Made by a program: the position numbers and the translations under genes
Notes under the pieces: generated by a model
Databases searched by the model: none
What the model saw: only the letters and a program-made list of their open reading frames with translations
What the model was told of the DNA's origin: nothing
Origin: the human T2T-CHM13v2.0 reference genome, Homo sapiens
Assembly: GCF_009914755.1 (NCBI RefSeq)
Contig: NC_060948.1
Direction: 5' to 3' (one strand)
DNA length: 64,000 bases
Shown here: positions 34,910-53,936 of the stretch, in pieces
Layout: every line of letters begins with the position of its first letter
How positions within the stretch are numbered: the stretch's first letter is position 1

Positions 34910-37003
34910 AGATCCATATTTTTTAAATGAAAAAAAATTTCAAAGGTACTCTGCTTGGTACAATAATCAAATGTATAAACTGAGGAATAAAACATAACCA
35001 TGAAACCTACTTATAACTGCATATGGAAAATACAGAGGATAATTTTTTAAATAACATATTTTGAAAGCCTTAACTAGTAATTTGAAGAGTTGGCATTTGA
35101 AAGGCCAGTATGAATATACCTTCAAAGCAGCAACACAGGTTCCCCATGAGAAAAAGCAAACACAGGGAAAATAAAAACACAAAGGTTCAATCTCTTCTGA
35201 CCTTTGAAAGACACAGCACAGACAGTGGTCCTTAGGACGAAGAGCAGGAGACCCCTAATTCCGTCACCATGGCGATAGGGCATAAACATTGCTGGGTGAG
35301 GGCACAATCCACATTGTGAGGTCCAACTGCTGCCAGGAAGACAGGAGTGCTTTTACATAGACCGAAAGGTCATTGAAGGCTCAGAGTTTTGTTTCAAGAA
35401 CTGAATCCCAAGCCCACAGGTTATTAGGCTGCGCTTCTTAAAACAAGTTATGAGATGGGAAAAAGGGCACCCACAAACATACGTACACATTATGTATATA
35501 ATAATATACAGTGTCATATATATAATATATATAACCTATGTATAATATTGTTTTACATCCTGCATCTTATGTTATATATATTGTATAAAATATAATAATT
35601 GATAATATATGTTTTATAATTATACAATATGACATATAGTATATATTATAATTAATGACATATATAATATATGTTATATGTCATATATAGAATATATTAT
35701 ACGGTTAATATACGTGTTAAATATAAATTATACATTATATATATTATATATAATATATCTGTTATATATAATACCCATTATGCATAATATATATATTATG
35801 TCTATGTTATATATAGTATAAAACAACATATAATAATATATAATTGTATATATAAAATGCGACATATAATATATATTATATTTTATAACATATGTAATAT
35901 ATATTATATATAATACGTTGTATGTATAATACCTATATTAAATATATATTATATGACTATGTTATTAATTACATGTCACATGTGTTATATATTATATATT
36001 TTACATAGAATATACCGGTTACATACAATATATACTATGTTACCTATAATGTGTAATTTATTACATGTAAAATAAAGAATGCAATATATTATGTATAATT
36101 TATAATATACCATATGTGGAATGTGATATATATAACATATAATATATGATATATGATATACAGTATATGATATATAACATACAATATATGATTCCTAATA
36201 TATATGGTATACAATATATATTTTATGATATGTATTCTATATGTTTTATATTCTGTTATATATAACTATTTGAAATTATATATAACTGTATAATATTTTA
36301 TGTAAATATGTAATATAATATATATAACTATATAATATACTATATATAACTATATATTATGTTATATATACTTTTATAACATAATTTACATAAAATATCA
36401 TAATATTATATATTATATTATTTCATATTACATAATATACATTACATATCAACCAATATAAATAACATACATAATATTATAATATAGATTATATTGTGTT
36501 ATATTAACTATCATATATATCATGTATCATATATTCTATAATATATATTACACATTATATAATATGTATGTTGTCTATTATGTGATATATATAACTCTAT
36601 ATATAATTATATTTTTATACATATAACTAGATAAACATGTAATTCTACATATTTTCATTTATAATATGTAGAATTATATAATCATATATAATTATTTATA
36701 TTCTATAAAAAATTTTATCATTCTATCAATTATAATATATAAAAATTATAATATGTACTACAAATATATATATTATATATCATATATGATATAGTACCTT
36801 TGTTATATATCATAATACATATAAATGTGTATTATGTTATCTATAATTATATAATTTCATATATAAGATGTATAATATGTATCATATATTATATATGTTA
36901 TGTAATATATATAGTATATATAAGATGACACAGGATAAATATTATATACTATGACATATAAAATATATGAGGTTATATGTTACATATAAGGCATAGCACA
37001 TAA

Positions 37004-37318
<315 letters not shown>

Positions 37319-39443
37319 AGATCCATATTTTTTAAATGAAAAAAAATTTCAAAGGTACTCTGCTTGGTACAATAATCAAATGTATAAACTGAGGAATAAA
37401 ACATAACCATGAAACCTACTTATAACTGCATATGGAAAATACAGAGGATAATTTTTTAAATAACATATTTTGAAAGCCTTAACTAGTAATTTGAAGAGTT
37501 GGCATTTGAAAGGCCAGTATGAATATACCTTCAAAGCAGCAACACAGGTTCCCCATGAGAAAAAGCAAACACAGGGAAAATAAAACCACAAAGGTTCAAT
37601 CTCTTCTGACCTTTGAAAGACACAGCACAGACAGTGGTCCTTAGGACGAAGAGCAGGAGACCCCTAATTCCGTCACCATGGCGATAGGGCATAAACATTG
37701 CTGGGTGAGGGCACAATCCACATTGTGAGGTCCAACTGCTGCCAGGAAGACAGGAGTGCTTTTACATAGACCGAAAGGTCATTGAAGGCTCAGAGTTTTG
37801 TTTCAAGAACTGAATCCCAAGCCCACACGTTATTAGGCTGCGCTTCTTCAAACAAGTTATGAGATGGGAAAAAGGGCACCCACAAACATACGTATACATT
37901 ATGTATATAATAATATAGAGTGTCATATATATAATATATATAACCTATGTATAATATTGTTTTACATCCTGCATCTTATGTTATATATATTGTATAAAAT
38001 ATAATAATTGATAATATATAAGTTTTATAATTATACAATATAACATATAGTATATATTATAATTTATGACATATATAATATATGTTATATATCATATATA
38101 GAATATATTATAGGGTTAATATACGTATTAAATATAAATTATACATTATATATATTATATATAATATATCTGTTATATATAATACCCATTATGCATAATA
38201 TATATATTATGTCTATGTTATATATAGTATAAAACAACATATAATAATATATAATTGTATATATAAAATGCGACATATAATATATATTATATTTTATAAC
38301 ATATGTAATATATATTATATATTATATATAATACGTTGTATGTATACCGATATTAAATATATATTATATGACTATGTTATTAATTACATGTCAGATGTGT
38401 TATATATTATATATTTTACATAGAATATACCGGTTACATACAATATATACTATGTTACCTATAATGTATAATTTATTACATGTAAAATAAAGAATGAAAT
38501 ATATTATGTATAATTTATAATATACAATATGTGGAATGTGATATATATAACATATAATATATGATATATGATATACAGTATATGATATATAACATACAAT
38601 ATATGATTCCTAATATATATGGTATACAATATATATTTTATGATATGTATTCTATATGTTTTATATTCTGTTATATATAACTATTTGAAATTATATATAA
38701 CTGTATAATATTTTATGTAAATATGTAATGTAATATATATAACTATATAATATATTATATATAACTATATATTATGTGATATATACTTTTATAACATAAT
38801 TTACATAAAATATCATAATATAATATATATTATATTATTTCATATTACATAATATATATTACATATCACCCAATATAACTAACATACATAATATTATAAT
38901 ATAGATTATATTGTGTTATATTAAATATCATATATATCATGTATCATATATTCTATAATATATATTACACATTATATAATATGTATGTTGTCTATTATGT
39001 GATATATATAACTCTATATATAATTATATTTTTATACATATAACTAGATTAACATGTAATTCTACATATTTTCATTTATAATATGTAGAATTATATAATC
39101 ATATATAATTATTTATATTCTATAAAAAATTTTATCATTCTATCAATTATAATATATAACAATTATAATATGTACTACAAATATATATATTATATATCAT
39201 ATATGATATAGTACCTTTGTTATATATCATAATACATATAAATGTGTATTATGTTATCTATAATTATATAATTTCATATATAAGATGTATAATATGTATC
39301 ATATATTATATATGTTATGTAATATATATAGTATATATAAGATGACACAGGATAAATATTATATACTATAACATATAAAATATATGAGGTTATATGTTAC
39401 ATATAAGGCATAGCACATAACATGTAATATATATCATATATAA

Positions 39444-39735
39444 TTTTTTTTTAGACAGAATCTTGTCCTGTTGCACAGGGTGGGGTACAATGGCGCCATC
39501 TTTGCTCACTGCAACTTCTGCCTCACGGGACCAAGCGATTGTCCTCCCTCAGCCTCCCAGGTAGCTGGGACTACACCACACTGGGACTACACCAGCTGCC
39601 ACCATGCCTAGCTAATTTTTTGGATTTTTAGTAGTGACAGCGTTTCACTGTATTGGCCAGGATGGTCTTGATCTCTTCACCTTGTGATCCCCTTGCCTTG
39701 GCCTCCAAATTTGCTGGGATTACAGGCCTGAGCCA
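39444..39735 (-). mobile_element. Alu in DYZ2 unit 17
   Basis: Near-identical copy of 774-1065. Confidence 0.93.
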
Positions 39736-41831
39736 AGATCCATATTTTTTAAATGAAAAAAAATTTCAAAGGTACTCTGCTTGGTACAATAATCAAATGT
39801 ATAAACTGAGGAATAAAACATAACCATGAAACCTACTTATAACTGCATATGGAAAATACAGAGGATAATTTTTTAAATAACATATTTTGAAAGCCTTAAC
39901 TAGTAATTTGAAGAGTTGGCATTTGAAAGGCCAGTATGAATATACCTTCAAAGCAGCAACACAGGTTCCCCATGAGAAAAAGCAAACACAGGGAAAATAA
40001 AAACACAAAGGTTCAATCTCTTCTGACCTTTGAAAGACACAGCACAGACAGTGGTCCTTAGGACGAAGAGCAGGAGACCCCTAATTCCGTCACCATGGCG
40101 ATAGGGCATAAACATTGCTGGGTGAGGGCACAATCCACATTGTGAGGTCCAACTGCTGCCAGGAAGACAGGAGTGCTTTTACATAGACCGAAAGGTCATT
40201 GAAGGCTCAGAGTTTTGTTTCAAGAACTGAATCCCAAGCCCACACGTTATTAGGCTGCGCTTCTTCAAACAAGTTATGAGATGGGAAAAAGGGCACCCAC
40301 AAACATACGTATACATTATGTATATAATAATATACAGTGTCATATATATAATATATATAACCTATGTATAATATTGTTTTACATCCTGCATCTTATGTTA
40401 TATATATTGTATAAAATATAATAATTGATAATATATGTTTTATAATTATACAATATGACATATAGTATATATTATAATTAATGACATATATAATATATGT
40501 TATATGTCATATATAGAATATATTATACGGTTAATATACGTGTTAAATATAAATTATACATTATATATATTATATATAATATATCTGTTATATATAATAC
40601 CCATTATGCATAATATATATATTATGTCTATGTTATATATAGTATAAAACAACATATAATAATATATAATTGTATATATAAAATGCGACATATAATATAT
40701 ATTATATTTTATAACATATGTAATATATATTATATATAATACGTTGTATGTATAATACCTATATTAAATATATATTATATGACTATGTTATTAATTACAT
40801 GTCACATGTGTTATATATTATATATTTTACATAGAATATACCGGTTACATACAATATATACTATGTTACCTATAATGTATAATTTATTACATGTAAAATA
40901 AAGAATGCAATATATTATGTATAATTTATAATATACCATATGTGGAATGTGATATATATAACATATAATATATGATATATGATATACAGTATATGATATA
41001 TAACATACAATATATGATTCCTAATATATATGGTATACAATATATATTTTATGATATGTATTCTATATGTTTTATATTCTGTTATATATAACTATTTGAA
41101 ATTATATATAACTGTATAATATTTTATGTAAATATGTAATATAATATATATAACTATATAATATACTATATATAACTATATATTATGTTATATATACTTT
41201 TATAACATAATTTACATAAAATATCATAATATAATATATATTATATTATTTCATATTACATAATATATATTACATATCACCCAATATAACTAACATACAT
41301 AATATTATAATATAGATTATATTGTGTTATATTAAATATCATATATATCATGTATCATATATTCTATAATATATATTACACATTATATAATATGTATGTT
41401 GTCTATTATGTGATATATATAACTCTATATATAATTATATTTTTATACATATAACTAGATAAACATGTAATTCTACATATTTTCATTTATAATATGTAGA
41501 ATTATATAATCATATATAATTATTTATATTCTGTAAAAAATTTTATCATTCTATAAATTATAATATATAAAAATTATAATATGTACTACAAATATATATA
41601 TTATATATCATATATGATATAGTACCTTTGTTATATATCATAATACATATAAATGTGTATTATGTTATCTATAATTATATAATTTCATATATAAGATGTA
41701 TAATATGTATCATATATTATATATGTTATGTAATATATATAGTATATATAAGATGACACAGGATAAATATTATATACTATGACATATAAAATATATGAGG
41801 TTATATGTTACATATAAGGCATAGCACATAA

Positions 41832-42146
<315 letters not shown>

Positions 42147-44274
42147 AGATCCATATTTTTTAAATGAAAAAAAATTTCAAAGGTACTCTGCTTGGTACAA
42201 TAATCAAATGTATAAACTGAGGAATAAAACATAACCATGAAACCTACTTATAACTGCATATGGAAAATACAGAGGATAATTTTTTAAATAACATATTTTG
42301 AAAGCCTTAACTAGTAATTTGAAGAGTTGGCATTTGAAAGGCCAGTATGAATATACCTTCAAAGCAGCAACACAGGTTCCCCATGAGAAAAAGCAAACAC
42401 AGGGAAAATAAAAACACAAAGGTTCAATCTCTTCTGACCTTTGAAAGACACAGCACAGACAGTGGTCCTTAGGACGAAGAGCAGGAGACCCCTAATTCCG
42501 TCACCATGGCGATAGGGCATAAACATTGCTGGGTGAGGGCACAATCCACATTGTGAGGTCCAACTGCTGCCAGGAAGACAGGAGTGCTTTTACATAGACC
42601 GAAAGGTCATTGAAGGCTCAGAGTTTTGTTTCAAGAACTGAATCCCAAGCCCACACGTTATTAGGCTGCGCTTCTTAAAACAAGTTATGAGATGGGAGAA
42701 AGGGCACCCACAAACATACGTATACATTATGTATATAATAATATAGAGTGTCATATATATAATATATATAACCTATGTATAATATTGTTTTACATCCTGC
42801 ATCTTATGTTATATATATCGTATAAAATATAATATTTGATAATATATAAGTTTTATAATTATACAATATGACATATAGTATATATTATAATTTATGACAT
42901 ATATAATATATGTTATATATCATATATAGAATATATTATAGGGTTAATATACGTATTAAATATAAATTATACATTATATATATTATATATACTATATCTG
43001 TTATATGTAATACCCATTATGCATAATATATATATTATGTCTATGTTATATATAGTATAAAACAACATATAATAATATATAATTGTATATATAAAATGCG
43101 ACATATAATATATATTATATTTTATAACATATGTAATATATATTATATATTATATATAATACGTTGTATGTATAATACCTATATTAAATATATAATATAT
43201 GACTATGTTATTAATTACATGTCACATGTGTTATATATTATATATTTTATATAGAATATACCGGTTACATACAATATATACTATGTTACCTATAATGTAT
43301 AATTTATTACATGTAAAATAAAGAATGCAATATATTATGTATAATTTATAATATACCATATGTGGAATGTGATATATATAACATATAATATATGATATAT
43401 GATATACAGTATATGATATATAACATACAATATATGATTCCTAATATATATGGTATACAATATATATTTTATGATATGTATTCTATATGTTTTATATTCT
43501 GTTATATATAACTATTTGAAATTATATATAACTGTATAATATTTTATGTAAATATGTAATATAATATATATAACTATATAATATACTATATATAACTATA
43601 TATTATGTTATATATACTTTTATAACATAATTTACATAACATATCATAATATAATATATATTATATTATTTCATATTACATAATATATATTACATATCAC
43701 CCAATATAACTAACATACATAATATTATAATATAGATTATATTGTGTTATATTAAATATCATATATATCATGTATCATATATTCTATAATATATATTACA
43801 CATTATATAATATGTATGTTGTCTATTATGTGATATATATAACTCTATATATAATTATATTTTTATACATATAACTAGATAAACATGTAATTCTACATAT
43901 TTTCATTTATAATATGTAGAATTATATAATCATATATAATTATTTATATTCTATAAAAAATTTTATCATTCTATAAATTATAATATATAAAAATTATAAT
44001 ATGTACTACAAATATATATATTATATATCATATATGATATAGTACCTTTGTTATATATCATAATACATATAAATGTGTATTATGTTATCTATAATTATAT
44101 AATTTCATATATAAGATGTATAATATGTATCATATATTATATATGTTATGTAATATATATAGTATATATAAGATGACACAGGATAAATATTATATACTAT
44201 GACATATAAAATATATGAGGTTATATGTTACATATAAGGCATAGCACATAACATGTAATATATATCATATATAA

Positions 44275-44566
44275 TTTTTTTTTAGACAGAATCTTGTCCT
44301 GTTGCACAGGGTGGGGTACAATGGCGCCATCTTTGCTCACTGCAACTTCTGCCTCACGGGACCAAGCGATTGTCCTCCCTCAGCCTCCCAGGTAGCTGGG
44401 ACTACACCACACTGGGACTACACCAGCTGCCACCATGCCTAGCTAATTTTTTGGATTTTTAGTAGTGACAGCCTTTCGCTGTATTGGCCAGGATGGTCTT
44501 GATCTCTTCACCTTGTGATCCCCTTGCCTTGGCCTCCAAATTTGCTGGGATTACAGGCCTGAGCCA
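44275..44566 (-). mobile_element. Alu in DYZ2 unit 19
   Basis: Near-identical copy of 774-1065. Confidence 0.93.
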
Positions 44567-46662
44567 AGATCCATATTTTTTAAATGAAAAAAAATTTCAA
44601 AGGTACTCTGCTTGGTACAATAATCAAATGTATAAACTGAGGAATAAAACATAACCATGAAACCTACTTATAACTGCATATGGAAAATACAGAGGATAAT
44701 TTTTTAAATAACATATTTTGAAAGCCTTAACTAGTAATTTGAAGAGTTGGCATTTGAAAGGCCAGTATGAATATACATTCAAAGCAGCAACACAGGTTCC
44801 CCATGAGAAAAAGCAAACACAGGGAAAATAAAAACACAAAGGTTCAATCTCTTCTGACCTTTGAAAGACACAGCACAGACAGTGGTCCTTAGGACGAAGA
44901 GCAGGAGACCCCTAATTCCGTCACCATGGCGATAGGGCATAAACATTGCTGGGTGAGGGCACAATCCACATTGTGAGGTCCAACTGCTGCCAGGAAGACA
45001 GGAGTGCTTTTACATAGACCGAAAGGTCATTGAAGGCTCAGAGTTTTGTTTCAAGAACTGAATCCCAAGCCCACACGTTATTAGGCTGCGCTTCTTCAAA
45101 CAAGTTATGAGATGGGAAAAAGGGCACCCACAAACATACGTATACATTATGTATATAATAATATACAGTGTCATATATATAATATATATAACCTATGTAT
45201 AATATTGTTTTACATCCTGCATCTTATGTTATATATATTGTATAAAATATAATAATTGATAATATATGTTTTATAATTATACAATATGACATATAGTATA
45301 TATTATAATTAATGACATATATAATATATGTTATATGTCATATATAGAATATATTATACGGTTAATATACGTGTTAAATATAAATTATACATTATATATA
45401 TTATATATAATATATCTGTTATATATAATACCCATTATGCATAATATATATATTATGTCTATGTTATATATAGTATAAAACAACATATAATAATATATAA
45501 TTGTATATATAAAATGCGACATATAATATATATTATATTTTATAACATATGTAATATATATTATATATAATACGTTGTATGTATAATACCTATATTAAAT
45601 ATATATTATATGACTATGTTATTAATTACATGTCACATGTGTTATATATTATATATTTTACATAGAATATACCGGTTACATACAATATATACTATGTTAC
45701 CTATAATGTGTAATTTATTACATGTAAAATAAAGAATGCAATATATTATGTATAATTTATAATATACCATATGTGGAATGTGATATATATAACATATAAT
45801 ATATGATATATGATATACAGTATATGATATATAACATACAATATATGATTCCTAATATATATGGTATACAATATATATTTTATGATATGTATTCTATATG
45901 TTTTATATTCTGTTATATATAACTATTTGAAATTATATATAACTGTATAATATTTTATGTAAATATGTAATATAATATATATAACTATATAATATACTAT
46001 ATATAACTATATATTATGTTATATATACTTTTATAACATAATTTACATAAAATATCATAATATAATATATATTATATTATTTCATATTACATAATATATA
46101 TTACATATCACCCAATATAACTAACATACATAATATTATAATATAGATTATATTGTGTTATATTAAATATCATATATATCATGTATCATATATTCTATAA
46201 TATATATTACACATTATATAATATGTATGTTGTCTATTATGTGATATATATAACTCTATATATAATTATATTTTTATACATATAACTAGATAAACATGTA
46301 ATTCTACATATTTTCATTTATAATATGTAGAATTATATAATCATATATAATTATTTATATTCTGTAAAAAATTTTATCATTCTATAAATTATAATATATA
46401 AAAATTATAATATGTACTACAAATATATATATTATATATCATATATGATATAGTACCTTTGTTATATATCATAATACATATAAATGTGTATTATGTTATC
46501 TATAATTATATAATTTCATATATAAGATGTATAATATGTATCATATATTATATATGTTATGTAATATATATAGTATATATAAGATGACACAGGATAAATA
46601 TTATATACTATGACATATAAAATATATGAGGTTATATGTTACATATAAGGCATAGCACATAA

Positions 46663-46977
<315 letters not shown>

Positions 46978-49105
46978 AGATCCATATTTTTTAAATGAAA
47001 AAAAATTTCAAAGGTACTCTGCTTGGTACAATAATCAAATGTATAAACTGAGGAATAAAACATAACCATGAAACCTACTTATAACTGCATATGGAAAATA
47101 CAGAGGATAATTTTTTAAATAACATATTTTGAAAGCCTTAACTAGTAATTTGAAGAGTTGGCATTTGAAAGGCCAGTATGAATATACCTTCAAAGCAGCA
47201 ACACAGGTTCCCCATGAGAAAAAGCAAACACAGGGAAAATAAAAACACAAAGGTTCAATCTCTTCTGACCTTTGAAAGACACAGCACAGACAGTGGTCCT
47301 TAGGACGAAGAGCAGGAGACCCCTAATTCCGTCACCATGGCGATAGGGCATAAACATTGCTGGGTGAGGGCACAATCCACATTGTGAGGTCCAACTGCTG
47401 CCAGGAAGACAGGAGTGCTTTTACATAGACCGAAAGGTCATTGAAGGCTCAGAGTTTTGTTTCAAGAACTGAATCCCAAGCCCACACGTTATTAGGCTGC
47501 GCTTCTTAAAACAAGTTATGAGATGGGAAAAAGGGCACCCACAAACATACGTATACATTATGTATATAATAATATACAGTGTCATATATATAATATATAT
47601 AACCTATGTATAATATTGTTTTACATCCTGCATCTTATGTTATATATATCGTATAAAATATAATAATTGATAATATATAAGTTTTATAATTATACAATAT
47701 GACATATAGTATATATTATAATTTATGACATATATAATATATGTTATATATCATATATAGAATATATTATAGGGTTAATATACGTATTAAATATAAATTA
47801 TACATTATATATATTATATATACTATATCTGTTATATATAATACCCATTATGCATAATATATATATTATGTCTATGTTATATATAGTATAAAACAACATA
47901 TAATAATATATAATTGTATATATAAAATGCGACATATAATATATATTATATTTTATAACATATGTAATATATATTATATATTATATATAATACGTTGTAT
48001 GTATAATACCTATATTAAATATATAATATATGACTATGTTATTAATTACATGTCACATGTGTTATATATTATATATTTTACATAGAATATACCGGTTACA
48101 TACAATATATACTATGTTACCTATAATGTATAATTTATTACATGTAAAATAAAGAATGCAATATATTATGTAAAATTTATAATATACCATATGTGGAATG
48201 TGATATATATAACATATAATATATGATATATGATATACAGTATATGATATATAACATACAATATATGATTCCTAATATATATGGTATACAATATATATTT
48301 TATGATATGTATTCTATATGTTTTATATTCTGTTATATATAACTATTTGAAATTATATATAACTGTATAATATTTTATGTAAATATGAAATATAATATAT
48401 ATAACTATATAATATATTATATATAACTATATATTATGTTATATATACTTTTATAACATAATTTACATAAAATATCATAATATAATATATATTATATTAT
48501 TTCATATTACATAATATATATTACATATCACCCAATATAACTAACATACATAATATTATAATATAGATTATATTGTGTTATATTAAATATCATATATATC
48601 ATGTATCATATATTCTATAATATATATTACACATTATATAATATGTATGTTGTCTATTATGTGATATATATAACTCTATATATAATTATATTTTTATACA
48701 TATAACTAGATAAACATGTAATTCTACATATTTTCATTTATAATATGTAGAATTATATAATCATATATAATTATTTATATTCTATAAAAAATTTTATCAT
48801 TCTATAAATTATAATATATAAAAATTATAATATGTACTACAAATATATATATTATATATCATATATGATATAGTACCTTTGTTATATATCATAATACATA
48901 TAAATGTGTATTATGTTATCTATAATTATATAATTTCATATATAAGATGTATAATATGTATCATATATTATATATGTTATGTAATATATATAGTATATAT
49001 AAGATGACACAGGATAAATATTATATACTATGACATATAAAATATATGAGGTTATATGTTACATATAAGGCATAGCACATAACATGTAATATATATCATA
49101 TATAA

Positions 49106-49397
49106 TTTTTTTTTAGACAGAATCTTGTCCTGTTGCACAGGGTGGGGTACAATGGCGCCATCTTTGCTCACTGCAACTTCTGCCTCACGGGACCAAGCGA
49201 TTGTCCTCCCTCAGCCTCCCAGGTAGCTGGGACTACACCACACTGGGACTACACCAGCTGCCACCATGCCTAGCTAATTTTTTGGATTTTTAGTAGTGAC
49301 AGCCTTTCACTGTATTGGCCAGGATGGTCTTGATCTCTTCACCTTGTGATCCCCTTGCCTTGGCCTCCAAATTTGCTGGGATTACAGGCCTGAGCCA
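49106..49397 (-). mobile_element. Alu in DYZ2 unit 21
   Basis: Near-identical copy of 774-1065. Confidence 0.93.
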
Positions 49398-51493
49398 AGA
49401 TCCATATTTTTTAAATGAAAAAAAATTTCAAAGGTACTCTGCTTGGTACAATAATCAAATGTATAAACTGAGGAATAAAACATAACCATGAAACCTACTT
49501 ATAACTGCATATGGAAAATACAGAGGATAATTTTTTAAATAACATATTTTGAAAGCCTTAACTAGTAATTTGAAGAGTTGGCATTTGAAAGGCCAGTATG
49601 AATATACCTTCAAAGCAGCAACACAGGTTCCCCATGAGAAAAAGCGAACACAGGGAAAATAAAAACACAAAGGTTCAATCTCTTCTGACCTTTGAAAGAC
49701 ACAGCACAGACAGTGGTCCTTAGGACGAAGAGCAGGAGACCCCTAATTCCGTCACCATGGCGATAGGGCATAAACATTGCTGGGTGAGGGCACAATCCAC
49801 ATTGTGAGGTCCAACTGCTGCCAGGAAGACAGGAGTGCTTTTACATAGACCGAAAGGTCATTGAAGGCTCAGAGTTTTGTTTCAAGAACTGAATCCCAAG
49901 CCCACACGTTATTAGGCTGCGCTTCTTAAAACAAGTTATGAGATGGGAAAAAGGGCACCCACAAACATACGTATACATTATGTATATAATAATATACAGT
50001 GTCATATATATAATATATATAACCTATGTATAATATTGTTTTACATCCTGCATCTTATGTTATATATATTGTATAAAATATAATAATTGATAATATATGT
50101 TTTATAATTATACAATATGACATATAGTATATATTATAATTAATGACATATATAATATATGTTATATGTCATATATAGAATATATTATACGGTTAATATA
50201 CGTGTTAAATATAAATTATACATTATATATATTATATATAATATATCTGTTATATATAATACCCATTATGCATAATATATATATTATGTCTATGTTATAT
50301 ATAGTATAAAACAACATATAATAATATATAATTGTATATATAAAATGCGACATATAATATATATTATATTTTATAACATATGTAATATATATTATATATA
50401 ATACGTTGTATGTATAATACCTATATTAAATATATATTATATGACTATGTTATTAATTACATGTCACATGTGTTATATATTATATATTTTACATAGAATA
50501 TACCGGTTACATACAATATATACTATGTTACCTATAATGTATAATTTATTACATGTAAAATAAAGAATGCAATATATTATGTATAATTTATAATATACCA
50601 TATGTGGAATGTGATATATATAACATATAATATATGATATATGATATACAGTATATGATATATAACATACAATATATGATTCCTAATATATATGGTATAC
50701 AATATATATTTTATGATATGTATTCTATATGTTTTATATTCTGTTATATATAACTATTTGAAATTATATATAACTGTATAATATTTTATGTAAATATGTA
50801 ATATAATATATATAACTATATAATATACTATATATAACTATATATTATGTTATATATACTTTTATAACATAATTTACATAAAATATCATAATATAATATA
50901 TATTATATTATTTCATATTACATAATATATATTACATATCACCCAATATAACTAACATACATAATATTATAATATAGATTATATTGTGTTATATTAAATA
51001 TCATATATATCATGTATCATATATTCTATAATATATATTACACATTATATAATATGTATGTTGTCTATTATGTGATATATATAACTCTATATATAATTAT
51101 ATTTTTATACATATAACTAGATAAACATGTAATTCTACATATTTTCATTTATAATATGTAGAATTATATAATCATATATAATTATTTATATTCTGTAAAA
51201 AATTTTATCATTCTATAAATTATAATATATAAAAATTATAATATGTACTACAAATATATATATTATATATCATATATGATATAGTACCTTTGTTATATAT
51301 CATAATACATATAAATGTGTATTATGTTATCTATAATTATATAATTTCATATATAAGATGTATAATATGTATCATATATTATATATGTTATGTAATATAT
51401 ATAGTATATATAAGATGACACAGGATAAATATTATATACTATGACATATAAAATATATGAGGTTATATGTTACATATAAGGCATAGCACATAA

Positions 51494-51808
<315 letters not shown>

Positions 51809-53936
51809 AGATCCATATTTTTTAAATGAAAAAAAATTTCAAAGGTACTCTGCTTGGTACAATAATCAAATGTATAAACTGAGGAATAAAACATAACCAT
51901 GAAACCTACTTATAACTGCATATGGAAAATACAGAGGATAATTTTTTAAATAACATATTTTGAAAGCCTTAACTAGTAATTTGAAGAGTTGGCATTTGAA
52001 AGGCCAGTATGAATATACCTTCAAAGCAGCAACACAGGTTCCCCATGAGAAAAAGCAAACACAGGGAAAATAAAAACACAAAGGTTCAATCTCTTCTGAC
52101 CTTTGAAAGACACAGCACAGACAGTGGTCCTTAGGACGAAGAGCAGGAGACCCCTAATTCCGTCACCATGGCGATAGGGCATAAACATTGCTGGGTGAGG
52201 GCACAATCCACATTGTGAGGTCCAACTGCTGCCAGGAAGACAGGAGTGCTTTTACATAGACCGAAAGGTCATTGAAGGCTCAGAGTTTTGTTTCAAGAAC
52301 TGAATCCCAAGCCCACACGTTATTAGGCTGCGCTTCTTAAAACAAGTTATGAGATGGGAAAAAGGGCACCCACAAACATACGTATACATTATGTATATAA
52401 TAATATAGAGTGTCATATATATAATATATATAACCTATGTATAATATTGTTTTACATCCTGCATCTTATGTTATATATATCGTATAAAATATAATAATTG
52501 ATAATATATAAGTTTTATAATTATACAATATGACATATAGTATATATTATAATTTATGACATATATAATATATGTTATATATCATATATAGAATATATTA
52601 TAGGGTTAATATACGTATTAAATATAAATTATACATTATATATATTATATATACTATATCTGTTATATATAATACACATTATGCATAATATATATATTAT
52701 GTCTATGTTATATATAGTATAAAACAACATATAATAATATATAATTGTATATATAAAATGCGACATATAATATATATTATATTTTATAACATATGTAATA
52801 TATATTATATATTATATATAATACGTTGTATGTATAATACCTATATTAAATATATATTATATGACTATGTTATTAATTACATGTCACATGTGTTATATAT
52901 TATATATTTTACATAGAATATACCGGTTACATACAATATATACTATGTTACCTATAATGTATAATTTATTACATGTAAAATAAAGAATGCAATATATTAT
53001 GTATAATTTATAATATACCATATGTGGAATGTGATATATATAACATATAATATATGATATATGATATACAGTATATGATATATAACATACAATATATGAT
53101 TCCTAATATATATGGTATACAATATATATTTTATGATATGTATTCTATATGTTTTATATTCTGTTATATATAACTATTTGAAATTATATATAACTGTATA
53201 ATATTTTATGTAAATATGTAATATAATATATATAACTATATAATATACTATATATAACTATATATTATGTTATATATACTTTTATAACATAATTTACATA
53301 AAATATCATAATATAATATATATTATATTATTTCATATTACATAATATATATTACATATCACCCAATATAACTAACATACATAATATTATAATATAGATT
53401 ATATTGTGTTATATTAAATATCATATATATCATGTATCATATATTCTATAATATATATTACACATTATATAATATGTATGTTGTCTATTATGTGATATAT
53501 ATAACTATATATATAATTATATTTTTATACATATAACTAGATAAACATGTAATTCTACATATTTTCATTTATAATATGTAGAATTATATAATCATATATA
53601 ATTATTTATATTCTATAAAAAATTTTATCATTCTATAAATTATAATATATAAAAATTATAATATGTACTACAAATATATATATTATATATCATATATGAT
53701 ATAGTACCTTTGTTATATATCATAATACATATAAATGTGTATTATGTTATCTATAATTATATAATTTCATATATAAGATGTATAATATGTATCATATATT
53801 ATATATGTTATGTAATATATATAGTATATATAAGATGACACAGGATAAATATTATATACTATGACATATAAAATATATGAGGTTATATGTTACATATAAG
53901 GCATAGCACATAACATGTAATATATATCATATATAA

